Shown here one piece after another: positions 1-6,936 of a stretch of DNA of 26,182 bases. This DNA is from Actinomycetota bacterium (GTDB lineage Bacteria > Actinomycetota > Acidimicrobiia > Acidimicrobiales > Ilumatobacteraceae). A model generated the notes under the pieces. That model made no database searches. It was not told where the DNA came from and saw only the letters and a program-made list of their open reading frames with translations. Each line of letters begins with the position of its first letter. Position 1 is the first letter of the stretch. Where the stretch lies: positions 1 to 26,182 of the forward strand of contig WLEG01000001.1 of assembly GCA_009704425.1 (NCBI GenBank). Reading direction: 5' to 3'. Both the position numbers and the translations under genes were made by a program.

Positions 1-578
1 CCCATGATGGACGTGGGGATGATGACCGCGACCGAGGTTCCCTTGGCCACCACGTTCAATTCGCTGAAGAACACGATCATCGCCGGCACCATCACCACGC
101 CGCCACCGATGCCGAGAAGTCCGGCGAGGGTGCCGGTCGCCAGGCCGATGAACACGAGGGCGATCGCGGTGACCGCCGTGATGGCATCGCGACCGTCGGC
201 GGTCATGGGTATGAACAGTCGAATCGCGGTGGCGATCAACATGGCCGCGAACAGATAGCCGAGCACCTTGCGGGGCAGGACGTGAATCCATTTGGTACCG
301 AGGATCGCGCCCGCGAGAGCACCGATGACGAGCCACAGCGCCATCGGCCAGTCGACGTTGTCGTGACTCCAGTAGGTGACGAGGCTCGCCACCGAGATGG
401 GCAACACCGCGCCGAGCGACGTGCCGTTGGCCAGGCGTTGGTCGAAACGCAACATCAGCACCAGCGCGGGCACGACGAGGATTCCGCCACCCACTCCGAA
501 CATTCCCGAGAGCAAACCGGCACCCACACCGATGGCGACGACGCGCCCGATGGAGTACTCGGAATTGGCGGTCGTCAT
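1..578 (-). CDS. Sulfite exporter TauE/SafE family membrane protein (3' end runs off the window)
   Basis: Not in the ORF track because there is no stop in the window. Hand translation from ATG 578 gives MTTANSEYSIGRVVAIGVGAGLLSGMFGVGGGILVVPALV...ANGTSLGAVLP and later GTLAGLLGIGGGVVMVPAM...AKGTSVAVIIPTSIMG. These are two internal GxxGxGGGxxxVP...A.GTS repeats typical of TauE/SafE. Confidence 0.85.
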   Translation of the reverse strand, partial: MTTANSEYSIGRVVAIGVGAGLLSGMFGVGGGILVVPALVLMLRFDQRLANGTSLGAVLPISVASLVTYWSHDNVDWPMALWLVIGALAGAILGTKWIHVLPRKVLGYLFAAMLIATAIRLFIPMTADGRDAITAVTAIALVFIGLATGTLAGLLGIGGGVVMVPAMIVFFSELNVVAKGTSVAVIIPTSIM

Positions 579-595
579 GAAACTGTTCTAGCCGA

Positions 596-1555
596 TCAGG
601 CCAGAACGAAACCGGACACGCGTCGACGATGGAAGTTCGCGTCTCCGTACGAACGCATCAGAGCCCAGGCCTTCTTCATCCACAGTTGGAGGTCGGCCTC
701 CCACGTGTATCCGATGCCGCCGTGCACCTGCATGGTGCTGCGACTGGTGCGGTAGGCCGCCTCGCTGGCGAGCGCCTTGGCCATGCTGATGTCGCGAACC
801 GACGTGTCGGCTCCGGTGGACGCCGAGAACGCCGCGCGATACGTCGGTGCCTTGGCGAACTCCACCTTCAACAAGGCGTCGGACATGAGATGCTTCACCG
901 CTTGGAACGAACCGATCGGCTTGCCGAACTGCTCGCGCACGCGGGCGTACTCGGCCGCGATCTCGATCATCCGCTCGGAGAGTCCGATGAGGTAGGCCGC
1001 CGAGGCCAGAGCCATGGCATCGAACGGATCGAGTCCACCCACGTTCGCGTCGGCGTTCGTCCGGTCGCCGCCGGTGACCGTGAACAGTCGGCGGCCTCCG
1101 TCCATGCCGTGCGCGTCGGTCGCGTCGAACGACTCCAGAACGTGGTCCTTTCGCACGATCACGTCGGCCACACCGGCGTGCGCCACGTACGGCGAGTCGT
1201 CCACCCACAGCGTTGCGACCGAGTCACCCGCGATCAGCGGCGCACCGAACCGCGTCGAGGCCAGAGCCGGAACGGCGACCGCCATGTGCTCGAGGACCGG
1301 TCCGGGCACGGCGGCGCGTCCGAGTTCCTGGAAGAGCAGGATGGCGTCCACGAAGGATCCACCCATGCCGCCGGCGGATTCGGGGGCCAGCATCGACAGC
1401 ACGCCCATGCCCGACAGGTGCGACCAGAGTTCGGGGGAGTGGCCGGTGCCGTTCTCCCACACCTCCCTCACGACAGAGGCGGGGCACTCGTTGGCGAGCA
1501 GTTCGCGCAATCCCTCGGCGAAGAGTCGTTGGTCGTCGGTGAAGGAGAACTTCAT
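596..1555 (-). CDS. fadE32: Short acyl-CoA dehydrogenase subunit of heteromeric type, FadE32-like
   Basis: 319 aa with ACAD C-terminal motifs (REQFGKPIGSFQAVKH, QVHGGIGYTWE), a reduced middle domain and no obvious catalytic Glu. Lies 3 nt downstream of the FadE31-like gene. Length and pattern match recalled M. tuberculosis FadE32. The symbol is a homology recollection. Confidence 0.75.
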   Translation of the reverse strand: MKFSFTDDQRLFAEGLRELLANECPASVVREVWENGTGHSPELWSHLSGMGVLSMLAPESAGGMGGSFVDAILLFQELGRAAVPGPVLEHMAVAVPALASTRFGAPLIAGDSVATLWVDDSPYVAHAGVADVIVRKDHVLESFDATDAHGMDGGRRLFTVTGGDRTNADANVGGLDPFDAMALASAAYLIGLSERMIEIAAEYARVREQFGKPIGSFQAVKHLMSDALLKVEFAKAPTYRAAFSASTGADTSVRDISMAKALASEAAYRTSRSTMQVHGGIGYTWEADLQLWMKKAWALMRSYGDANFHRRRVSGFVLA

Positions 1556-1558
1556 GGC

Positions 1559-2707
1559 TCACATTCCCTTCGGGAGTTGCAGAACGCGGTCGGCGATGAT
1601 GTTGCGCTGGATCTCGTTGGTGCCGGCGTAGATCGGACCGCTCAGCGAGAAGAGGAAACCGTCCACCCAGCGTTCGAGGGGGCCCTCCATGCGCTCGGCC
1701 TCCGGTCCGATGATCTGCAGGGCGATCTCGTGGATGCGCACGTCCATCTCGCTCCAGAAGATCTTGTTCAGACTGGCTTCGGCGCCGATGGGGCGACCCT
1801 CCAGCATTCCGGTGACGGTCTGATACGTGTGCAGACGGTAGCCCTCGGCCTGCATCCAGACGTCGGTGACGGCGTCGGCGAGCGCGGTGTCGGACTTGTC
1901 GCCCAGTCGCTGCCACAACGCGACGAGCCGGTTGACGGCCTCGCTGAAGCGGGCCGGACTGCGCAGACTCACACCGCGTTCGAAGCCCGCGGTGGCCATG
2001 GCGACGCCCCAACCCTTGTCGACCTCGCCCAGGGTGTTCTCGACCGGCACGCGCACGTCGTCGAAGAAGATCTCGGCGAAACCGGTGTCACCATCGAGTT
2101 GGGCGATCGGACGCACCGTGATGCCGGGCAGATTCAGGGGGCACAGGATGAACGTGAGACCACGATGGCGCTCGGCCTCGGGGTCGGTGCGGAAGATGCC
2201 GAAGCACCAGTCGGCCCACACGGCTCGGCTGGCCCAGATCTTCTGGCCGTTCAGGATCCAGTCGTCGCCGTCGCGCAGGGCCTTGCTCTTGATGCCCGCC
2301 AGATCGCTGCCGGCGTTGGGCTCGCTCCACGCCTGACCCCAGACGATCTCGGACGACGCCATCGTGGGAAGGAACTTCTCCTTCTGCGCGTCGGTGCCCA
2401 CTTCCATGATGGTGGGGCCGAGTAGGAAGATGCCGTTCTGGTTCACACGACCGGGCGCACCGGCGCGGTAGTACTCCTCCTCGAAGATGAGCCACTTGAT
2501 GTAGTCGGCCCCGCGGCCGCCGTACTGCTCGGGCCACGACACGGCCGACCAGCGACCGTCGTACAACTTCTTCTCCCACTGACGGTGCAAGGCGAAGCCC
2601 TCGGCGGTGTCGAAGCTGGGCAGCGGTTCGGAGGGGACGTTGGCTTCCAGCCAGGTGCGAGCTTCGAGGCGGAAGGCGATCTCGTCGGCGGTTTCGCGCA
2701 GATCCAT
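1559..2707 (-). CDS. fadE31: Acyl-CoA dehydrogenase, FadE31-like catalytic subunit
   Basis: 382 aa. Segments FEEEYYRAGAPGR, QAWSEP..GSDLA, VRPIAQLDGDTGFAEIF, ERGVSLRSPARF and GPIYAGTNEIQRNIIA closely match recalled FadE31 (Rv3562). The candidate catalytic Glu is in FERG. Confidence 0.85.
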   Translation of the reverse strand: MDLRETADEIAFRLEARTWLEANVPSEPLPSFDTAEGFALHRQWEKKLYDGRWSAVSWPEQYGGRGADYIKWLIFEEEYYRAGAPGRVNQNGIFLLGPTIMEVGTDAQKEKFLPTMASSEIVWGQAWSEPNAGSDLAGIKSKALRDGDDWILNGQKIWASRAVWADWCFGIFRTDPEAERHRGLTFILCPLNLPGITVRPIAQLDGDTGFAEIFFDDVRVPVENTLGEVDKGWGVAMATAGFERGVSLRSPARFSEAVNRLVALWQRLGDKSDTALADAVTDVWMQAEGYRLHTYQTVTGMLEGRPIGAEASLNKIFWSEMDVRIHEIALQIIGPEAERMEGPLERWVDGFLFSLSGPIYAGTNEIQRNIIADRVLQLPKGM

Positions 2708-2716
2708 AAGCAGGAA

Positions 2717-2722
2717 ACCCTA
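2717..2722 (-). promoter_or_regulatory. Putative -10 box (TAGGGT) for the fadE31-fadE32-tauE unit
   Basis: TANNNT hexamer 9 nt upstream of ATG 2707, with no SD between. The same hexamer precedes the FadA6-like gene. Confidence 0.5.
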
Positions 2723-2738
2723 GTCGCCACCCCCGGGA

Positions 2739-2757
2739 AATCTGACGCTGTGTCAGA
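2739..2757. promoter_or_regulatory. Palindromic operator candidate, copy 1 (TCTGAC-N5-GTCAGA)
   Basis: AATCTGACGCTGTGTCAGA in the divergent intergenic region, over the expected -35 position of the fadE31 promoter. 16/18 identical to 5212-5229. Confidence 0.6.
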
Positions 2758-2796
2758 AAAGGACGAACCGGCACAGGGCGTCGCGGTGGCCGGAAG

Positions 2797-2802
2797 TAAT
2801 CT
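2797..2802 (+). promoter_or_regulatory. Putative -10 box (TAATCT) of a leaderless acyltransferase transcript
   Basis: TANNNT followed by 7 nt and an in-frame GTG at 2810. Confidence 0.5.
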
Positions 2803-2809
2803 CGCCGTC

Positions 2810-5209
2810 GTGGGGGACACATCGGGCGTGGGACCGTCGCGCATCGACGCCCTGGACGGCCTGCGCGCCGTGGCGGTGGTGGCCGTGTTGTTGTTCCACC
2901 TCGATCTGGCGTGGATGCCCGGTGGCTTTCTCGGCGTTTCGCTGTTCTTCACGCTGTCGGGGTTCTTGATCACCCGGTTGCTCCTGGACGAGGTCGATCG
3001 CACCGGCCGGGTGGCGTTGCGAACGTTCTGGGCTCGTCGCTTGCGCCGTCTGTCACCGGCGGCCCTCGTCGTGTTGGCCGTGGTCGCGATCATGTCGCTG
3101 TGGGGGGTGTTCGAAGGCGCCCGGTTGCGCGGGGATTTGGGTGCATCCCTGGGCTACGTGGCCAACTGGCGATTCGCCACCGCGCAGTCCACCTACGCGG
3201 AACTCTTCACGTCGACACCGTCGCCCGTGATCCACTTCTGGAGCCTCGCGATCGAGGAGCAGTTCTATCTGTTCTTCCCCGTTCTCTTCGTCGTCTTGTC
3301 GAGAAGGCGCGCATTGTTGTTGCCCGGCTTGTCGGTGCTGACCGTCGCCAGCGTCGTGGCGTCGTTGTTCACGGATTCGCGGAACCTCGGCTACTACGGC
3401 ACGCACGTGCGGGCCGCCGAGCTGCTGATCGGATGCGTGCTCGCGGTGATCATCGCTCGTCGGGAACCCTCAGAGCGACGACTCGTGGCGTCGACGGCCG
3501 GTGGGGTGGCGCTCGCCGTGCTGCTGGTGGCGATGGCGGTGGTGTCGCCGTCGGATGCGTGGCTGTATCGCGGCGGACTGGCCGCGGTGGCGTTGGTCTC
3601 GGCCGCGGTCGTTCTCGGAGTATCCCGGGGTGGTCCGATCGCCTGGTTGTTCGCCCGTCGCCCGATGGTGATGCTGGGCCGCGCGAGCTACTCCGTCTAT
3701 CTCGTCCACTGGCCGGTGATCGTGGCCATGACCCCGGATCGCATGGGTTTCGACGGATGGCCCCTCGACGTGGTCCGGATCGTCACGAGCGTGCTTCTCG
3801 GGTTCGTCTCGTACGGGATCGTCGAGAATCCGATCCGCACCCGCCGCCTCCTGAAGCGCACCGTGGTGGGTGCCTCGGCGCTGACCGTGTCGATGGCGGC
3901 CGTCGCGACGTTGACGATCCTCGTCGACTCCCCGCCCTCGATGGTTCTCGCCGGTCTCGACGCACCCGAAGAGGTGGTCGACTTCGCGGTCGAGGATCCC
4001 GCCGGCGTTTCCAACGCGTCGACGACAGCGCCGATGTCGTTGCCGCGGGTGTTGGTGGTCGGATCGCAGTTGCGAACGGGAGTCGACATCGCGCGTTCGA
4101 ACGTGGTCGCCGATGTCGTGGACGACAGCCGTCCCGGCTGCGCGTTCCGCGTCGACCCGATCGACGATTGTCCCACGATCTCCGACGTCGTGACGGGCGT
4201 GTCGACGAATCCACCCGACGTGATCATCATCGGGGTGGGATTGATCGAACGACGCGTCGTCCGTGAACGGGTGGAGGCCCTCGAGTCCACCACCTCGTTC
4301 GATCCGGTCGCGACACCGATCGTGGAAGCGGGCACCGCGGTGGAGGAGATGTTGCGTCCGTTCGCGGGTCGACCGACGATCGTGGTGGACTACGGGAAGC
4401 AGGATGGTTTCCGCGGCGCGTTGGAGGATTTCGATCTGCGTTCGGACTCGACCGTGATGGTGGTCGGCGGAGAACCGGATCGGTTGGGTGCGGCGATCGA
4501 CGAGATCGTGTCCGACGCGCGGGCCGATCTGGCCCGGGTCATGGTGATCGGGGACTCGTCGTCGTTCGGCGTCGCGCAGGCGCTGCACAACGTGGCCGCC
4601 GATCGCTTCGAGGTGGTGTGGGCCGGCGGACGCAACTGTCCGTTGGTGGAAGTGGAGCGCATCCAGTGGTGGCCCGACATGGACTTCGACATGGATTACT
4701 GCCCCACCTTCGACGGCGTGTGGCGCGACATGATCGCCGAGTTCGAGCCTCATCTGGTGCTGGAGATCGCATCGGTACCCGAACAAGCGGCGCAGAGATA
4801 TCCGGGCGATCCGAATTGGTACACGATCGTGGACGAGCAGTACCTGACGCGCCACGAGGAGGTGATGACGTCGTTGATGGCGGCCGTCGAGGCGGCGGGC
4901 GCCACGCTCGTGATGTTCGACAGCCCGTACGTGCACGGCGGCGGTCTCGGCGGAGCGGCCTTCGCCGACGACGCCCGCGTGGACGCGTGGAACTCGCTGA
5001 TGGATTCGTGGGCGGCGCGATGGCCCGCCATCCGACAGCTGGATTGGTCGACGATCGTGGCGGAGGCCGAGGCGACACCGGGAGCTTTGCGCGAGGACGG
5101 TGTGCACATGTCGCAGGCCGATCTGGATCGAATCGTCGACGAGAGTGTCGTCCCGCGTCTCGTCGACCTGCTCGCCGAGCGCGAAATGAGCCCGACCTCC
5201 GTGCCGTGA
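2810..5209 (+). CDS. Acyltransferase-3 (OafA/OatA-like) membrane O-acyltransferase with C-terminal tandem SGNH domains
   Basis: AT3 motifs RIDALDGLRAVAV, GGFLGVSLFFTLSGFLIT, FWARRLRRLSP, HFWSLAIEEQFY and LGRASYSVYLVHWP. The last domain has GDS and DGVH. The track start at 2585 overlaps fadE31, so the start was moved to 2810 using the -10 box; GTG 2750 is an alternative. Confidence 0.85.
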   Translation: MGDTSGVGPSRIDALDGLRAVAVVAVLLFHLDLAWMPGGFLGVSLFFTLSGFLITRLLLDEVDRTGRVALRTFWARRLRRLSPAALVVLAVVAIMSLWGVFEGARLRGDLGASLGYVANWRFATAQSTYAELFTSTPSPVIHFWSLAIEEQFYLFFPVLFVVLSRRRALLLPGLSVLTVASVVASLFTDSRNLGYYGTHVRAAELLIGCVLAVIIARREPSERRLVASTAGGVALAVLLVAMAVVSPSDAWLYRGGLAAVALVSAAVVLGVSRGGPIAWLFARRPMVMLGRASYSVYLVHWPVIVAMTPDRMGFDGWPLDVVRIVTSVLLGFVSYGIVENPIRTRRLLKRTVVGASALTVSMAAVATLTILVDSPPSMVLAGLDAPEEVVDFAVEDPAGVSNASTTAPMSLPRVLVVGSQLRTGVDIARSNVVADVVDDSRPGCAFRVDPIDDCPTISDVVTGVSTNPPDVIIIGVGLIERRVVRERVEALESTTSFDPVATPIVEAGTAVEEMLRPFAGRPTIVVDYGKQDGFRGALEDFDLRSDSTVMVVGGEPDRLGAAIDEIVSDARADLARVMVIGDSSSFGVAQALHNVAADRFEVVWAGGRNCPLVEVERIQWWPDMDFDMDYCPTFDGVWRDMIAEFEPHLVLEIASVPEQAAQRYPGDPNWYTIVDEQYLTRHEEVMTSLMAAVEAAGATLVMFDSPYVHGGGLGGAAFADDARVDAWNSLMDSWAARWPAIRQLDWSTIVAEAEATPGALREDGVHMSQADLDRIVDESVVPRLVDLLAEREMSPTSVP

Positions 5210-5210
5210 G

Positions 5211-5229
5211 TAATCTGACGGCGTGTCAG
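5211..5229 (+). promoter_or_regulatory. Leaderless promoter (-10 TAATCT) overlapped by palindromic operator copy 2 (CTGAC-N5-GTCAG)
   Basis: TAATCT at 5211-5216, then 6 nt, then GTG 5223. The palindrome at 5215-5229 covers the predicted TSS and start codon. Confidence 0.6.
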
Positions 5230-5714
5230 TTTCCGCCGCCGGGGGAGTCGCCCGGGTCCCCGCCGTCGAGGGGTGGTTCACCCTCGACGACGAACCACAT
5301 CTGATCGGTTGTCGTTGTGCCGCCTGCGGCACCTACGTCTTCCCCCCTCGCTCGGGTGCGTGCCCGAATCCGAACTGCGACAGCGAGGACCTGGTGCCGA
5401 CGCCGTTGTCGCGCGTGGGCACGGTGTGGAGCTACACCGAGAATCAGTACGCACCGCCGCCGCCGTATCGCGCGGCGGAACCGTTCGAGCCCTACGCGCT
5501 CGCCGCGGTGCAATTGGAAGAAGAAGGCATCATCGTCCTCGGTCAGGTGCCCAAGGGGATCATGGCCGCCGACCTGAAGGTGGGCATGCCGATGCAGTTG
5601 GAAACCGACGTCCTCTACCGCGAAGTGGTCGACGGCGTGGACACCGAGTTCATGGTCTACGTGTGGGCACCCGCCGGTCCCACCGCCGCCAAGTCGATCG
5701 GAGGAGGATCATGA
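5223..5714 (+). CDS. DUF35/ChsH2-type Zn-ribbon OB-fold protein (thiolase partner), Rv1628c-like
   Basis: CxxC...CPNPxC zinc ribbon followed by GTVWSYTENQYAPPPPY...AAVQLEEEGIIVLG...LKVGMPM. ATGA overlap with the following thiolase-fold gene. Confidence 0.85.
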   Translation: MSVSAAGGVARVPAVEGWFTLDDEPHLIGCRCAACGTYVFPPRSGACPNPNCDSEDLVPTPLSRVGTVWSYTENQYAPPPPYRAAEPFEPYALAAVQLEEEGIIVLGQVPKGIMAADLKVGMPMQLETDVLYREVVDGVDTEFMVYVWAPAGPTAAKSIGGGS

Positions 5715-6910
5715 GCGATCGCGATCTCGTGGTGCTCGGAGTGGGCATGCATCCGTGGGGCAAGTGGGGTCGCGACTTCACCGAATACGGAATGGTGGCC
5801 GCCCGCGCGGCACTGAAGGACGCCGGTATCGAATGGAAGGACGTGGAATACGTCGCCGGAGCCGACACGATCCGAAACGGCTACCCCGGTTTCATCGCCG
5901 GTTCCACCTTCGCCCAGAAGCTGGGTTGGACCGGTGCGAGCATCTCGTCGAACTACGCCGCGTGCGCAAGTGGTGCCCACAGTCTGCAGGCCGCCCGCGC
6001 GTCGATTCTCGCCGGCTTCTGTGACGTGGCGATGGTCATCGGTGCCGACACCACGCCGAAGGGCTTTTTCGCCCCGGTCGGGGGAGAGCGCAAGACCGAC
6101 CCCGACTGGTTGCGCTTCCATCTGCTGGGTGCCACCAACCCGGTGTACTTCGCCATGTTCGCGCGTCGACGCATGGACCTGTACGGAGCGACGTCGGAGG
6201 ACTTCGCGCAGGTGAAGGTGAAGAACTCGCGGCACGGCTTGGGCAATCCCTACGCCCGTTTCCGCAAGGAGAACGCGATCGAGGACGTGTTGAACAGTCC
6301 CATCGTCAGCGATCCGTTGCGACTGCTCGACATCTGTGCCACCTCCGACGGAGCGGCGGCCATGATCGTCACCAGTCGCGCGTTCGCCGAGAAGAAGTTG
6401 GGTTCGTTGAAGGGCGTTCCGCGCATCCGCGCGGTGAGCACGGTGACGCCCACGTATCCGCAGACGATTCTGGAGTTGCCCGACTTCGCCACCGACTCCA
6501 CGGCGGTCGTCGCTCCTCCCGTGCGGGGTTTCAAGGAATCCCTCTGTTGGGCCGCGTACGAAGAAGCCGGAATGTCGCCCTCCGACATGAACATGGCCGA
6601 GGTGTACGACCTCTCCACGGCTCTGGAATTGGACTGGTACGAGCACCTCGGACTGTGCGCGCCCGGCGAGGCCGAGGGATTGCTGCGTTCCGGTGCCACC
6701 ACCATCGGCGGTCGCGTGCCCGTGAACCCGAGTGGCGGTTTGTCGTGCTTCGGCGAGGCCATCCCCGCCCAGGCCATCGCCCAGGTGTGCGAACTCACGT
6801 GGCAATTGCGCGGCCAGGCCCAAGGTCGTCAGGTGGAGGGCGCCAAGGCCGGCATCACCGCCAACCAGGGTTTGTTCGGCAACGGTTCCTCGGTCATCGT
6901 CTCGGTCTGA
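5711..6910 (+). CDS. SCP2/lipid-transfer-type thiolase-fold protein, Rv1627c-like
   Basis: True start is ATG 5711 after GGAGGA; the track ORF from 5273 is over-extended. Motifs GVGMHPWGKW, YAACASG, DICATSDGAAA, PVNPSGGL and WQLRGQA..RQV. Very similar to recalled Rv1627c. Confidence 0.85.
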   Translation: MSDRDLVVLGVGMHPWGKWGRDFTEYGMVAARAALKDAGIEWKDVEYVAGADTIRNGYPGFIAGSTFAQKLGWTGASISSNYAACASGAHSLQAARASILAGFCDVAMVIGADTTPKGFFAPVGGERKTDPDWLRFHLLGATNPVYFAMFARRRMDLYGATSEDFAQVKVKNSRHGLGNPYARFRKENAIEDVLNSPIVSDPLRLLDICATSDGAAAMIVTSRAFAEKKLGSLKGVPRIRAVSTVTPTYPQTILELPDFATDSTAVVAPPVRGFKESLCWAAYEEAGMSPSDMNMAEVYDLSTALELDWYEHLGLCAPGEAEGLLRSGATTIGGRVPVNPSGGLSCFGEAIPAQAIAQVCELTWQLRGQAQGRQVEGAKAGITANQGLFGNGSSVIVSV

Positions 6911-6924
6911 AAATCACTCACGGA

Positions 6925-6930
6925 TAGGGT
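6925..6930 (+). promoter_or_regulatory. -10 box (TAGGGT) of a leaderless fadA6-like transcript
   Basis: TANNNT, then 6 nt, then ATG 6937, with no SD. Confidence 0.6.
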
Positions 6931-6936
6931 TCACTC

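Noticed and set aside
629-2425. 598-aa and other long antisense or alternate-frame ORFs (also 3470-5332, 6732-8219, 22946-24871)
   Set aside because: Same GC-driven stop-codon scarcity. Each overlaps a gene with clear family motifs.
5273-5710. Apparent 146-aa N-terminal extension of the thiolase-fold protein, and a similar extension of MazG (22479-23330)
   Set aside because: These overlap real upstream genes in another frame. SD and stop-start overlaps identify ATG 5711 and ATG 22478, so they are not fusions.
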